From the NCBI GenBank assembly GCA_965248535.1, contig CBDFJR010000005.1, positions 2,387,867-2,451,866 of the forward strand: a stretch of DNA of 64,000 bases, in the 5' to 3' direction. Below, in pieces: positions 20,393-32,574 of this stretch. Source of the DNA: Phormidesmis sp. (GTDB lineage: Bacteria > Cyanobacteriota > Cyanobacteriia > Leptolyngbyales > Leptolyngbyaceae). The notes beneath the pieces are model-generated. The model ran no database searches. It had not been told where the DNA came from and saw nothing but the letters and a program-made list of their open reading frames with translations. Numbering within the stretch: the stretch's first letter is position 1; each line of letters starts with the position of its first letter. Made by a program: the position numbers and the translations under genes.

Positions 20393-23300
20393 CTAGCGAT
20401 AGAGCCAGACTCTCAGCAGCGACAGTAATTGATCGGTGTCTACGGGTTTTGTGATGTAGTCTGATGCGCCCGCTTCAATACATTTTTCTCGATCGCCCTG
20501 CATGGCTTTTGCCGTTAGCGAAATGATTGGCAGAGCGCGAAACCGATCTTGCGATCGGATGGCGCGAGTTGCTTCATAGCCGTCCATTTCTGGCATCATC
20601 ACGTCCATTAAAACAATGTTGACATCCACATTCTCTTCTAGGGTCGCGATGCCATCTCTGCCGTTTTCAGCAAACACGACCTGCATTTGATAGCGCTCCA
20701 ATAAGCTAGTGATCGCAAAAATGTTTCGCACATCATCATCAACGATGAGAACTTTTTTGCCCGTCAAAACCGAATCTGTTTGCCGTAAGTCTTCTAAAAT
20801 TTGACGCTTAGGCTGCGGTAAATTAGCTTGGACTCGATGCAAAAATAACGCGGTTTCGTCGAGTAATCGTTCTGGCGATCGCACATCTTTAACAATGATC
20901 GTTTCGGCTAGTCGCTTCAGTTGAGTTTCTTCTTGACGAGTCAACTCTTTGCCTGTGTAAACCACGATCGGGGGTTTGGCCCGACCCGACTGCTGCCGAA
21001 TCTGCTCCATTAGCTCAAAGCCATTCATATCGGGGAGGCCCAAGTCTAGAACAATGCAGTCAAAGTGGTTTGATTGCAGAGCCTCTAGCGCTTCTGCTCC
21101 TGAGTAGACAGCCATACTTTCAACATCACCGCTGCCAATCAATTCAATAATGCTTTGCGCTTGCACGGCATCATCTTCGATTACTAACAGGCGTTTAATC
21201 GGACGATCAACAAAACTCTTAATTTCAGATAACGCTGCCGTTAGCGACTCTGATGAAATTGGCTTTTGCAAATAATCCATCGCGCCAAGCTGGAAGCCTC
21301 GCTGCAAGCGATCGTCACTGGAAATAATGTGAATGGGAATGTGACGAATATCGGGATCATGTTTGACGCGATCGAGCACCGTCCAGCCATCCATATCGGG
21401 GAGATGAATGTCAAGCAAAATGGCATCGGGCACAAACCGCCGCGCCAGATTGAGACCCGAACCGCCCCGCAGCGCCACCAAAACTTTAAAGCCCTGCTGT
21501 CTCGACAGATCGAGCAAAATCCGAGCAAAGTTAATGTCATCTTCGATAATTAGCAAGACGCGATTTTCGTCTTGCTGATCTGAGCGATCGCCGGGTCGAA
21601 TAATGTCACGATCGTCAGCAACTTCGTTAATCGATAGGGTGGCCGTCACTGGCTCTGGCGCAGGCATTAATGGGTCAATCTGCACGGACACTTCAGGACG
21701 GCTGATCGCTTTGACGGGTGCTTGATAGGTTTGGGGCAGATAAAGCGAAAACGTGCTGCCCTCTCCGGGGTGGCTGACCAAATTGATCACGCCGCCCAAA
21801 AGATGAGCTAATTCACGGCTGATAGACAGCCCTAGCCCGGTTCCTCCATATTTGCGGCTGGTAGTGCCATCGGCTTGCTGAAACGCCTCAAAAATCACCT
21901 GCTGATGCTCGATCGGAACGCCAATGCCCGTGTCGGTGACTGAGAACGCGATCGTCGGATTTTCGGGCGATGTGTTGTCTAAGTCCATCTCTGCGGGATG
22001 AATGCGAAGCACGATGCTTCCCTGAGCCGTAAATTTAAAGGCATTGGACAGTAGATTTTTGAGAATTTGTTGCAGACGTTTGGCATCGGTCAGAATGATC
22101 TGAGGCAGGTGATCATCAAGCTCGATCGCAAAGCTGAGTCCTTTTGCTTGAGCAACCTGCTGAAATGTGCCCCTCAAGAAGCTTTTGATATCAGCAAAGG
22201 ATAGCCGTTCAGGGTCGATCGACAAAGTACCCGATTCGATTTTTGCCAGATCTAGAATGTCGTTAATCAATTCCAGTAGGTCTCTGCCCGCCGAATGAAT
22301 GGTGCGGCTATATTCCACTTGTTTAGTGCTCAGATTGCCTTCAGCGTTATCTTTCAGCAATTGGGCCAAAATCAACAAACTGTTTAACGGCGTTCGCAAC
22401 TCGTGAGACATATTCGCTAAGAATTCTGATTTATATCTCGACGACAGCGATAATTGCGCGGCCTTCTCTTCTAGCGCTTGTCTCGCTTCTTCAATCTCTT
22501 GATTTTTGTGTTCAACCTCTTGTTTCTGAGCTTCGAGCAATTCTGCTTTTTCTTCTAACTCTTCGTTTAACTGCTGCAATTCTTCGTTTGACTGCTGCAA
22601 TTCTTCTTGCTGTTGCTGCAATCGTATCTCTGACGCTTGCAGAATTTTTGCTTGTCCTTCCAGCTGCTGATTGCTTTCTTGTAGCTCTTCTTGTTGGGCT
22701 TGCAGTTCTTCGGCCAGGGTTTGGGTTTCTTCTAAAAGCTGCTGCGTTCGCATATCAGCCGTGATGGTGTTGAGGGCCACCCCGATCGTGGCACTCACTT
22801 CCTCTAAAAAGGTTAAATGAGCGTTGGTGAAGCGCTGCAATGATGCAAGCTCGATCACAGCGACTATCTGCTTTTCAAACATCACAGGCAACATAATCAC
22901 GCTGCTTGGAGACGTACTTCCTAACGCTGAATGGATATGAAAATAATCGCTGGAAACATCGTTTAGATGAATAGTGCGCTTCTCTAGAGCACACTGTCCG
23001 ATTAATCCTTCGCCTAACGCGATCGAGTCAGACTGCGAAGCACTGCCTGCATAATTTCCCAAACGCCGCAATCGAGGTTGACCACTGGAGGAATCTAGCC
23101 CATAAAATGCGCCCTGCTGGGCATTGACGATCGTGGTCAAACTTGACAGCAGGGCGGTTGAGATCGCTGTTAGCCTGCGTTGACCTTGCAGCATTTGGCT
23201 CACTTCTGCCAGACTCGTTTTGAGCCAGGTTTGCGTCTCATTTTTTTGAGTGCTTTCGCGCAGGCCAATGATCATGTGATTGATGGTGCGCGATAACACT

Positions 23301-24031
23301 CCGACTTCATCTTGCCGTTCGGTGGCGGGCAAACTCACTGATAAGTCACCCTGACCAATTTTTTCGGCGACGCTAGACACGTCATCAAGAGGTTTAGAGA
23401 TGTGTCGGTTAAGCAAAATTCCCAATAGGGCAAGCAGCGTTAGCGAGAGGGCACCGCCATAGGTGATGCTGGCGATCGTGTCATGGACGGCCGCTTCAGC
23501 CGCCCCGGCACGCTGACGAAGCAAGCTTCGCTCTTCAGACTCCATCTGCCCGATGATGCGGCGAATATCATCCATCAACTGTTTGCCCCGATCGCTGCGA
23601 ATGGTGACCAGCGCTACCTCAAGTCCTTTTGTTTGCCGCAGGCTGATCGTTTCTTTTAGCTCAGACAGCTTATCTCTAATTAAAGGTTCTAGCGTCTCAA
23701 GATTGCGCTGCTGACCGGGGTTATCTACGATTAGCTGCCGCACATCTTTGATCTTCTGAGCTAGCTTGGCGATCGCAGATTGATAAGGGTCAAGATAGCG
23801 AGATTCGCCCGTGAGAATGTAGCCTCGTTGCCCTGTTTCGGCATCTTTTGTGATGGAGAGAACCTCTTCTAACTCACTCAACACTTGGTAAGTGTGCGTC
23901 TCTTGACGGGCGCTCTCGGCTAGCTGATGAGTGCCGCGATAAGCAATAAACCCAACGATCGAAAAGACCACTAAGCCGAGGGCAAACCCTGATCCGATTT
24001 TGGTGCCAATTTTTAAACGGTTCAGCATCAA
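20393..24031 (-). CDS. Hybrid histidine kinase (CHASE3-HAMP-GAF-HisKA-HATPase-3xREC)
   Basis: [14 protein letters not shown]3 motif, [11 protein letters not shown]-box, GGTGLGL, three receiver domains. Confidence 0.92.
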   Translation of the reverse strand: MMLNRLKIGTKIGSGFALGLVVFSIVGFIAYRGTHQLAESARQETHTYQVLSELEEVLSITKDAETGQRGYILTGESRYLDPYQSAIAKLAQKIKDVRQLIVDNPGQQRNLETLEPLIRDKLSELKETISLRQTKGLEVALVTIRSDRGKQLMDDIRRIIGQMESEERSLLRQRAGAAEAAVHDTIASITYGGALSLTLLALLGILLNRHISKPLDDVSSVAEKIGQGDLSVSLPATERQDEVGVLSRTINHMIIGLRESTQKNETQTWLKTSLAEVSQMLQGQRRLTAISTALLSSLTTIVNAQQGAFYGLDSSSGQPRLRRLGNYAGSASQSDSIALGEGLIGQCALEKRTIHLNDVSSDYFHIHSALGSTSPSSVIMLPVMFEKQIVAVIELASLQRFTNAHLTFLEEVSATIGVALNTITADMRTQQLLEETQTLAEELQAQQEELQESNQQLEGQAKILQASEIRLQQQQEELQQSNEELQQLNEELEEKAELLEAQKQEVEHKNQEIEEARQALEEKAAQLSLSSRYKSEFLANMSHELRTPLNSLLILAQLLKDNAEGNLSTKQVEYSRTIHSAGRDLLELINDILDLAKIESGTLSIDPERLSFADIKSFLRGTFQQVAQAKGLSFAIELDDHLPQIILTDAKRLQQILKNLLSNAFKFTAQGSIVLRIHPAEMDLDNTSPENPTIAFSVTDTGIGVPIEHQQVIFEAFQQADGTTSRKYGGTGLGLSISRELAHLLGGVINLVSHPGEGSTFSLYLPQTYQAPVKAISRPEVSVQIDPLMPAPEPVTATLSINEVADDRDIIRPGDRSDQQDENRVLLIIEDDINFARILLDLSRQQGFKVLVALRGGSGLNLARRFVPDAILLDIHLPDMDGWTVLDRVKHDPDIRHIPIHIISSDDRLQRGFQLGAMDYLQKPISSESLTAALSEIKSFVDRPIKRLLVIEDDAVQAQSIIELIGSGDVESMAVYSGAEALEALQSNHFDCIVLDLGLPDMNGFELMEQIRQQSGRAKPPIVVYTGKELTRQEETQLKRLAETIIVKDVRSPERLLDETALFLHRVQANLPQPKRQILEDLRQTDSVLTGKKVLIVDDDVRNIFAITSLLERYQMQVVFAENGRDGIATLEENVDVNIVLMDVMMPEMDGYEATRAIRSQDRFRALPIISLTAKAMQGDREKCIEAGASDYITKPVDTDQLLSLLRVWLYR

Positions 24032-24262
24032 GTTGCCCTACCTGTGGCGTTCTGTTGATTTAAGGATAGCGGAGTTTAAAGAGAAAGCAGTGAGTTGTTT
24101 GGGGTGAATTGTCTAGGTAGAGCGATCGTGCTTCCAAATCACAAATCCTAGGCGTAAACATCCCCATTGCTGTAGATTTATGCCGTTAAAAATATAAGTA
24201 TTTCTTTGAGTAGCCTTCAGAAATTGGTATCTTTTTTGACAAAGGATAAGGCGCAAATCTCT

Positions 24263-24378
24263 CTATAGGATGAGAGATTTGGATAGCCGCGAACTGCATA
24301 ATGCGACTAAAAGCCCCTGAAAACTATAGGATGAGAGATTTGGATAGCCGCGAACTGCATAATGCGACTAAAAGCCCC
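24263..24378 (+). repeat. Perfect 55-bp direct duplication (61-bp period)
   Basis: ctataggatgagag...gactaaaagcccc at 24263-24317 and 24324-24378. Confidence 0.9.
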
Positions 24379-24404
24379 CATTTTAGCAAGCACGGTAAAC
24401 GCTG

Positions 24405-24824
24405 ATGAACTACTGGTCTTTACACTCTAAGGCGCTACCCCGAATTTTGGTGGTGGATGATGTTGCTGATAACTCCGATCTGCTGCAAGCTCTTTTAGAA
24501 GGTGAAGGCTACCAGGTTGAGATTGCCGATAGCGGAAGGGATGCGATCGCTCAAGTTCACCTGTCTCCTCCCGATCTGGTGCTGCTAGATGTGATGATGC
24601 CAGAGATGAATGGTTTTGAGGTGACTCAACAGCTTCGGCAACACCACGATCGTTCAACGCTGCCGATTTTTTTAGTCACGGGTCACGATCAGATTCAGCT
24701 ATCAACTTTAAAGATGGTCGAAGTCAATGGGCTGATTCGCAAACCAATCGATTTTGAAGATGTGCTGACGAAAGTAAAGTCGGTGCTGCCTGCACATAAC
24801 CCTAACTATACCTTCTGCGATTGA
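24405..24824 (+). CDS. Single-domain response regulator
   Basis: ILVVDD, LLDVMMP and KP motifs. Confidence 0.9.
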   Translation: MNYWSLHSKALPRILVVDDVADNSDLLQALLEGEGYQVEIADSGRDAIAQVHLSPPDLVLLDVMMPEMNGFEVTQQLRQHHDRSTLPIFLVTGHDQIQLSTLKMVEVNGLIRKPIDFEDVLTKVKSVLPAHNPNYTFCD

Positions 24825-24984
24825 AGTGTTTGAGGTCTCTAAGAGCCTCTAAAACGACGGGCCGTTCTTCTGGATTCAGCTTGTTGAGAAGGTCTTGCAC
24901 CCAGTCTTCTCGCTGAATGTCAAGATAGATTTGCTGACTGTTTTCTGAGAGCATCCTTGTCTTAGATTGAGGAGTTGACATCAT
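24802..24984 (-). CDS. Small hypothetical protein
   Basis: ORF from MMSTPQ with helical character; weak support. Confidence 0.35.
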   Translation of the reverse strand: MMSTPQSKTRMLSENSQQIYLDIQREDWVQDLLNKLNPEERPVVLEALRDLKHFNRRRYS

Positions 24985-25148
24985 GGCAGACTTAGACACT
25001 CTTAGAACGTATGAGGATGCAGACTCCTGAAGTATAAAGAAAGAATTAAAACTTATCAATACGTTTTAAAAATTATCTCGATCGCTGACTACGATTGCGG
25101 CAACTGGCAAAATCTGTCACAGTGGTTGCCCACCTCATTCCTGTCTCA

Positions 25149-26321
25149 ATGGCAAAGCTCCGCGAAATTCATCTGCCGACAACTCTGCGCGATCACCTAG
25201 TGAGAGGGCATCCCTGGGTCTATCGCACTCACATTGCCAACGATCTGCATCTACCGTCAGGAAGCTGGGTCAAACTGCGCTGCGGCGGCTGGACAGGCTA
25301 TGGACTGTGGGATGACCAAGGCGCGATCGCGGTTCGCATTTTCTGCGATCGTGATCTGCCGACTCCTCCCTGGTTTCGCCAACAGATTCAAGCTGCGTGG
25401 GATCTGCGATCGTCGCTCCGAGATCAAGGCTGCACCGCCTATCGATGGCTGTTTGGCGAAGGGGACGGGTTACCAGGGTTGACCGTCGATCTATATGGCG
25501 ATTTTGCCGTCGTGCAGACCTATATGCCAGGCGCAGAAGAACTTTTAGATTGGCTCGTTAAATCTCTGACTGCGATCAAACCCCTTGAGGGCATTTCTCT
25601 GCGAATCCAGCCGGGCGATCGGGCTGAGGGTGACAGCAAAACTCAACTGCTGTGGGGCAATCCCGCTCCTTTAGAATTTGTTGTGCAAGAACACGGCTTG
25701 AAATTTGCGGTAAACCTACACACCGGGCAAAAAACCGGATTGTTTCTTGATCACCGAGACAATCGGCGATTTGTGGAGGGGTTGAGTGGCGATCGCGACG
25801 TGCTGAACTGTTTCTCCTACACGGGAGCTTTTTCGCTCTATGCGCTGCGGGGCAATGCCCGTCACGTCACGAGTGTAGACATCGGCAAAGGGCTAGCAGC
25901 ATCGGCAGATAAGAATATTGCTCTCAATCAACTTGATGCAACTCGACACCAGTTTATCACCCAAGATTGCTTTGAATTGTTAGATGGTTATGCTCAAGAA
26001 AAGCGCACCTTTGATCTGATCATTCTCGACCCGCCCAGCTTTGCCAAGAGCAAGCAAAACCGCTATGCCGCCATCCGTGGCTACACAAAATTAAATGCTT
26101 TGGCGATGCGATGTTTGGCTCCCAATGGGCTATTGGTGTCGGCAAGCTGCACGAGTCAAGTCAGTCCAGAGGCGTTTAAGGAAATGCTGGCGGCCGCAGG
26201 TGCTTCAGCCGGGCGACGAGTTCAAATGATTCATGAAGCGGGACACGCGATCGACCATCCTGTTCCGGCACAGTTTCCAGAAGGGCGCTATCTCAAGTTT
26301 GTCGTCGGACGGGTTCGATGA
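25149..26321 (+). CDS. RlmI/RlmK-like SAM-dependent rRNA methyltransferase
   Basis: GHPWVY PUA segment, GEGDGLPGL, GQKTGLFLD and LDPPSF motifs. Confidence 0.9.
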   Translation: MAKLREIHLPTTLRDHLVRGHPWVYRTHIANDLHLPSGSWVKLRCGGWTGYGLWDDQGAIAVRIFCDRDLPTPPWFRQQIQAAWDLRSSLRDQGCTAYRWLFGEGDGLPGLTVDLYGDFAVVQTYMPGAEELLDWLVKSLTAIKPLEGISLRIQPGDRAEGDSKTQLLWGNPAPLEFVVQEHGLKFAVNLHTGQKTGLFLDHRDNRRFVEGLSGDRDVLNCFSYTGAFSLYALRGNARHVTSVDIGKGLAASADKNIALNQLDATRHQFITQDCFELLDGYAQEKRTFDLIILDPPSFAKSKQNRYAAIRGYTKLNALAMRCLAPNGLLVSASCTSQVSPEAFKEMLAAAGASAGRRVQMIHEAGHAIDHPVPAQFPEGRYLKFVVGRVR

Positions 26322-26465
26322 TTGGTGCAGCATGGGCTACACTAACCTCTTACAGACCTGATTAGTTGGAGAATGTTGGTCGAGTTAGCAGAATTCTTAT
26401 CGTTGATTCGCTTGCGATCGCAACGGGTGACAAAACAGGCATGAATGTCTACGATTCCAACTGCT

Positions 26466-26846
26466 TTATCGATTATAGGGTTGTTCAGTTACAAGCCCTG
26501 GAACAACTCGATAATGCTTGACATTAAACGTACAGAGTTTAGCACCGCGACCCACTGCACAAGCAGCGATCAACGCATCAAGCAGTCCTATATTATTTGA
26601 CAAGTGGTAAGTTGTGAAATCTGATAAAGCACGGGCACAATCAACTTCAGTCGCCCAAATGACAGGAAGCGGAGCAATAAGCTTAAGGGTATCGCGAACT
26701 TGTTGCCTGTTTTGAGAATTCTGAATTAGCTCCATCATGACAAAACCAGGCACACTAGAAAGCTCTAGCAGATTGCTAAACCAATCAATTGCAGGCTGAT
26801 GTCCACGTTGAATGTCGATCAGGACATCTGTGTCCAACAAGTACAT
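26466..26846 (-). CDS. vapC: VapC PIN-domain toxin
   Basis: YLLDTDVLID and DALIAA..TFNVKHY motifs. Confidence 0.85.
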   Translation of the reverse strand: MYLLDTDVLIDIQRGHQPAIDWFSNLLELSSVPGFVMMELIQNSQNRQQVRDTLKLIAPLPVIWATEVDCARALSDFTTYHLSNNIGLLDALIAACAVGRGAKLCTFNVKHYRVVPGLVTEQPYNR

Positions 26847-26850
26847 ATTT

Positions 26851-27111
26851 CTAACCACGTTTCCGTGTTTCAGCCTCATTTCGTAGCTTCCGAGCGTGGG
26901 CTTGACTATCAGTGATGTCAGGTCGTGAATTGATCACTCCTTCACGCTGCCAATAGGCAACTAACTCCGCGCCTGTTTGAGGCAAATTTTCTGATGCTTG
27001 TCTTGTCGCAAGAACTCTCAGAACATACTCATTCAAAGGTAGATTTAGCTGAGAAGCTTCTGTATAAAGTTCATGCTCTAGTTCGGGTGGCAAGTCGAGA
27101 TTGAGAGTCAT
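26851..27111 (-). CDS. Putative antitoxin paired with VapC
   Basis: RHH-like N-terminus (LNLDLPPELE); immediately upstream of the PIN gene. Confidence 0.7.
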   Translation of the reverse strand: MTLNLDLPPELEHELYTEASQLNLPLNEYVLRVLATRQASENLPQTGAELVAYWQREGVINSRPDITDSQAHARKLRNEAETRKRG

Positions 27112-27449
27112 TTCACGCTCCTAATTTGGTTTTGCTTTTGCAACGATCGTAACTTGAGTAGTCAAAATATGGGCATCTTTACAAAGTCAGCTAAACGGTC
27201 GCTATTACGCAAGCACCCATCAGACATAGATATAGTGGACTTTTGAATCGGGCCTTGTCTCTTCAACCGTCCTTTAGTCCGACTGCCAGCCCATAGGTTC
27301 CCTGAACCGGAAACATTCGCCTCAGCATTTCTCGTGCTTTGATTGCTGCACTCAACTTTTGATGCGATCGCCCCAACTTCTCCAGCCCGTCTTCGTCGCC
27401 AACCCGCTCACCCAACTATCATGGAGAGGCCGCCATCTTCTCAACGCTC

Positions 27450-29946
27450 ATGCACGCTGCTGAAAACGAAACGTCTCCCGATAATCATCGTCTGCGATGT
27501 CCCGAATTGCTTGCCCCTGCGGGTCATTGGGATTGCGCCAAAGCCGCGATCGAGAACGGTGCTGATGCGATTTATTTTGGCTTAGAGCGATTTAACGCCC
27601 GAATGCGGGCGCAAAACTTCACTGAAGCTGATTTGCCGCAGTTAATGGAATTTTTGCATCGGCGCGGCGTGAAAGGCTATGTCACCCTCAACACGCTGAT
27701 CTTTCCAGCAGAGTTGGCGGAGGCAGAACATTATCTCCGCACAATTATTTCGGCGGGAGTGGATGCGGCGATCGTGCAAGATGTTGGCATTTGTCGGCTG
27801 ATTCGTCACTTATCGCCCGATTTTCCGATTCATGCCTCGACTCAGATGACGGTTACGAGTGCGGCCGGGGTGGAATTTGCTCAAGCGATCGGGTGTCAGT
27901 TAGTGGTACTGGCTCGTGAATGTTCGATTAAAGAAATTGACAAAATTCAGCAGCAGATTGCGGAGAGAAATATCTCACTGCCGCTAGAAGTGTTTGTGCA
28001 TGGGGCGCTGTGTGTCGCCTATTCAGGACAGTGTTTGACGAGTGAATCGCTGGGCGGACGCTCTGCCAATCGCGGCGAGTGCGCGCAAGCGTGTCGGATG
28101 CCTTACGAATTAATTTCAGACGGTGAAGTGATTGATTTAGGCCATCAAGATAATCGCAAATATCTGTTGAGTCCTCAAGATTTAGCGGGGTTAGACGTGT
28201 TGCCAGAACTCGTTAAAACCGGAGTCAGCAGCCTCAAGATCGAAGGGCGGCTAAAATCGCCAGAATATGTGGCAACTGTGACGCGAGTTTATCGAGAAGC
28301 CCTCGATCGCATCATGTCAGATTTAGAATCTCTCGATCCTGGAGAAGATCGGTATCGATTGGAGATGGCATTCTCGCGAGGGCTTCACACGGGCTGGTTT
28401 GAGGGCATCAACAATCAAGAATTAGTTCACGCTCGATTTGGCAAAAAGCGCGGCGTTTATCTGGGCGAAGTCACCCAGATCCGGAACGAGCAGATCACAG
28501 TGCGACTGCAAGCGCCGCTCAAGCCAGGAGACGGCGTAGTGTTTGATAGTGGGCATCCCGAAGCGTCAGAAGAAGGCGGACGGATTTATACGATCGAGCA
28601 TCACGGACAAGATGCAATTCTCGCATTTGGACGCGGCGCGCTGAATTTTCACCGCATTCATCTCGGCGATCGTGTATGGAAAACCAGCGACCCAGACCTC
28701 GATCGTCAAATCAGACAGACCTATGCAGGCGACACGCCCCAGTTTCAGCGGCCGATTGATCTTGAGATTCATGGCAATGTCGGACAGACTCTCGTGGTGA
28801 TTGCCCGCGATCGCATCGGTCATGTCGTGCAAGTTGAATCTGAGATGCCATTGGTAGAGGCACACAATAAACCATTGACGAGCGATCGCTTACGCGAACA
28901 ATTAGGGACGACTCGGCAACACTCCCTTTTGTCTAGGAGAGTTGACTAATCATCTGAATGGATCGGCAATGCTGCCTGTAAGCGAATTAAATCGCATTCG
29001 TCGAGAGTTTGTCACGCAGCTAGAAACGCTGCGGGCAATGCCAAAACGCTGGCAAATTAATTCAAATGCAACGCTTTTAGAATTGCTGCCTAACATTCCT
29101 TCGCGATCGGTGTCGGCTCCCAATCTCCTCGTCTTAGTTCGTAGTTTGGGTCAGCTTCGAGCCGCGTTAGAAACCGATATTCAGACGCTCTATTGCGAGT
29201 TTGAAGATCCGCGTGCCTATAAACAAGCGGTGCAGCTAGTAAGACAGCACGAAGGCAAAGCGATTTGGGTCGCGCCGCCTCGCATCACAAAACCGGGAGA
29301 GAAGTGGATCTTGCAGCAGGTACGAGACTCTCAAGCCGATGGCTATCTGGTACGAAATTATGATCAGCTTGAGGCGTTTCAGTCAGTGCGCTGTGTCGGA
29401 GATTTTTCACTCAACGTTGCCAACGCTTTGACCGCCGATTACTTAATTCAGACGTTTGGGTTAGAGCGAGTCACCGCGTCTTATGACCTAAATATTTCAC
29501 AACTGCAAGACTTATTAACCAGCGGTTCGCCCGATTGGTATGAGGTGACGATCCATCAACATATGCCGATGTTTCACATGGAGCATTGCGTGTTTTGCGC
29601 CTTTATGTCTGACGGAACCGACTACACCAACTGCGGGCGACCCTGCGAAGATCATGAGGTGAAGCTGCGCGATCGCGTTGGCACCGAGCATATTCTCACC
29701 GCCGATGCGGGTTGTCGCAACACGGTGTTTAACGGCAAAGCTCAAACGGGCGCAGAATATTTGCAAACGCTGGCGAAACTGGGTGTAAATCACTTTAGGA
29801 TTGAGTTTGTGAATGAATCTGATCAGCAAGTTAAACACACGATCGAGTGCTATCAAAAGCTCTTAAAAGGAGAAATCAACGGCTCTCAACTCTGGCGATC
29901 GTTAAACCTGCAAAATCAGCTAGGGGTCACCCGCGGCACTTTTTAA
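27450..29946 (+). pseudogene. U32 peptidase family/DUF3656 (RlhA-like) gene split by a +1 frameshift near 28905
   Basis: ELLAPAG, HASTQ, CVAYSGQC, NRGECAQACR and LKIEGR motifs; removing one G at 28905-28907 gives QLGRLGNTPFCLGELTNHL and fuses both ORFs. Confidence 0.8.
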
Positions 29947-30051
29947 GATCGAGTGTTGCTGGGCCCATTGCCCCGCAGATCGACGAAACTGAGAATGATC
30001 TGCCCTAAGAGTGAGCACTTCTCTACCTTTTGCTGAGTAGACTATTCGCTG

Positions 30052-30888
30052 ATGAACATCATCTCACCCACCCCTAACCTAGAGGATATCGAGATTCAGT
30101 TGCTCTTAGACGGCATTTATCGCTATTATGGTCACGATTTTCGCAACTATGCTGCCGACTCGCTCAAGCGACGCATTCACCGTTTTTTGAACGTAGAGGG
30201 GTTCTCAACCATTTCGGCGTTGCAGGCGCAGGTTTTGCACGATCGGGCTTGTCTCAAGCGGTTCTTAATCAGCCTCACGGTCAACGTGACGGCAATGTTT
30301 CGAGATCCCAGCTTTTTTCTCGCCTTTAGAACTCTGGTGGTGCCGCTCTTGCGAACTTATCCCTTCATTCGCATTTGGCACGCAGGTTGCTCGACCGGAC
30401 AAGAGGTTTATTCAATGGCGATCGTGCTGCAAGAAGAAGGGCTTTATCATCGCTGTCGCATCTACGCGACTGACACCAACGAGAGTGTTTTACAAAAAGC
30501 AACGCAAGGCATTTTTTCTCTAGAGTTAATGCAAGAATACACACAATTTTATTTGAAAGCAGGTGGTAAACAAAGTTTCTCAGAATACTATACGGCCGCC
30601 TATAATAGCGCCATCTTTCGCGCATCTCTAAGAGAAAATATTATTTTTTCTCAACACAATTTGGCGACTGATTCATCGTTTAATGAATTCAACGTGATTA
30701 TTTGCCGCAACGTGTTGATCTATTTCAATCATCTCCTGCAAGACCATGTTTGCAGTCTGTTTCACAATAGCTTGTGTCCCTTTGGCATTCTGGGTTTAGG
30801 GCGACAAGAGTCTCTCAAATTTACCGCTTATGAAAAGCAATATGAAGAAATTGCTGCGGGTGAAAAGCTTTACCGTCGATCGAGCTAA
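30052..30888 (+). CDS. cheR: CheR-type protein-glutamate O-methyltransferase
   Basis: FRDP, RIWHAGCSTGQEVYS and CRNVLIYF motifs. Confidence 0.9.
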   Translation: MNIISPTPNLEDIEIQLLLDGIYRYYGHDFRNYAADSLKRRIHRFLNVEGFSTISALQAQVLHDRACLKRFLISLTVNVTAMFRDPSFFLAFRTLVVPLLRTYPFIRIWHAGCSTGQEVYSMAIVLQEEGLYHRCRIYATDTNESVLQKATQGIFSLELMQEYTQFYLKAGGKQSFSEYYTAAYNSAIFRASLRENIIFSQHNLATDSSFNEFNVIICRNVLIYFNHLLQDHVCSLFHNSLCPFGILGLGRQESLKFTAYEKQYEEIAAGEKLYRRSS

Positions 30889-30951
30889 GTCGATTCCCTA
30901 TTCCTGCTTTCCGTGCGATCAGTTCACAGTTCCTTTCCCTTAGAAAAGCCT

Positions 30952-32574
30952 ATGCAGCCCGACCCAAAAGTAAATATTCTGCTGGTAGACGATCAGCCAG
31001 AAAACTTGCTAGCTCTTGAGGCAGTCTTGGCTAACTTGGGCAATTTGGTAAGAGCTAACTCTGGGCAAGAAGCACTAAGGCATGTGCTGAGTCAAGACTT
31101 TGCTGTGATTTTGATGGATGTGCAAATGCCGGGAATGGATGGCTTTGAAACGGCTACACTGATTCGCAATCGCCCGCGATCGCGCCACGTTCCTATTATT
31201 TTTCTCACGGCTTTTAGCGCTAGCGATCAGTTGATGTTTAAAGGCTATGCGCTGGGAGCCGTTGATTATTTATTTAAACCCATTGACTCTAGCATTCTAA
31301 TTTCTAAAGTCACTGTATTCGTTGATCTGTTTAAAAAGACCGAAGCGATGCAGCGACAGTCCGCCCAGCTTGTGGCCATGAATGAAGAACTGCGCCAGAG
31401 CGAAGAACGGTTTCGATCGCTGAGTGCTTGCTCTCCGGTGGGCATTTTTGTAGTGGACTCGGTGGGGCGCTGCACCTATGCCAATCCTCAGTTTCAGGCG
31501 ATCTGCGGGTTGACCGAAGCTCAGAGTTTAGCATCAGGGTGGTTTTCCTCGGTTTGCACTGAAGATCAAGAATCGGCGATCGCTCAGTGGCACGCCTATG
31601 TGAGGGAGGGTAGCCACTATTCTGAAGAGATGCGATTCTACACGAGCGCCGATGATGCGCCGCGCTGGATGCATGTGCGGTCTAGCCCCATGCTGTCAAC
31701 TCAAGGCGAACTTTTGGGCTATGTGGGCACGATCGAAGACATCACTGAGCGCAAACAAGCCGAAGCCACCCGCGCCGAAATGGTGCGTGAACAGATCGCC
31801 CGACAGGAAGCGGAAGCCGCTAGCTTGATGAAAGACGAGTTTTTGTCCGTGCTTTCTCACGAGTTGAGAACGCCCCTTAACTCTATGCTGGGCTGGGCGC
31901 GATTGCTGCGATCGAAGAAAATGGATGAGACCAGCGTCGCCCGCGCTTTAGCAACGATCGAGCGCAATGCCGAAGCCCAAGCGCGATTGATCGAAGACAT
32001 TTTAGATATGTCTAAAATCATTCGGGGCAAGCTTGAGATTAATTATTGTGCGGTGAATCTGATTCACGTTGTTGAGATCGCGATCGATTCGGTGCGTCCG
32101 CAGGCTGATCTGAAGTCTATTCAGCTAATCGCCTCGATCGATCCAACCGTGAGCAAAGTCTGGGGTGACCCGATGCGGTTGCAGCAGGTGCTGCTCAATC
32201 TGCTCACCAATGCCATCAAATTTACGCCCAATAACGGCACGGTTGAGGTGAAGCTAGCCAAACGACCGAATGAAGAATTTCTTCAGCTTCAGGTCATTGA
32301 CACGGGCATTGGCATTCGTCCTGACTTTTTGCCTAGAGTCTTCGATCGGTTTCGGCAAGCCGACAGCAGCACGACGCGATCGTTTGGGGGGTTGGGGCTA
32401 GGGTTAGCGATCGTGCGTCACCTCGTCGAACTGACTCAAGGCACCATTTATGCAGAAAGCCCTGGCGAAGGCAAAGGTTCCACCTTCACCATCATCTTGC
32501 CTCTATGGCAGGGCACCGATCCGCTGCTTAATCGCTCTCTGTCAGAAGATTTAGAAGGCGCAAATATTAAATGA
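30952..32574 (+). CDS. Hybrid REC-PAS-histidine kinase
   Basis: N-terminal REC, PAS domain (EDITERK), [15 protein letters not shown]. Confidence 0.9.
   Translation: MQPDPKVNILLVDDQPENLLALEAVLANLGNLVRANSGQEALRHVLSQDFAVILMDVQMPGMDGFETATLIRNRPRSRHVPIIFLTAFSASDQLMFKGYALGAVDYLFKPIDSSILISKVTVFVDLFKKTEAMQRQSAQLVAMNEELRQSEERFRSLSACSPVGIFVVDSVGRCTYANPQFQAICGLTEAQSLASGWFSSVCTEDQESAIAQWHAYVREGSHYSEEMRFYTSADDAPRWMHVRSSPMLSTQGELLGYVGTIEDITERKQAEATRAEMVREQIARQEAEAASLMKDEFLSVLSHELRTPLNSMLGWARLLRSKKMDETSVARALATIERNAEAQARLIEDILDMSKIIRGKLEINYCAVNLIHVVEIAIDSVRPQADLKSIQLIASIDPTVSKVWGDPMRLQQVLLNLLTNAIKFTPNNGTVEVKLAKRPNEEFLQLQVIDTGIGIRPDFLPRVFDRFRQADSSTTRSFGGLGLGLAIVRHLVELTQGTIYAESPGEGKGSTFTIILPLWQGTDPLLNRSLSEDLEGANIK

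Noticed and set aside
26322..27300. vapBC as another integron cassette
   Set aside because: No convincing complementary R'/R'' attC pair could be found around it
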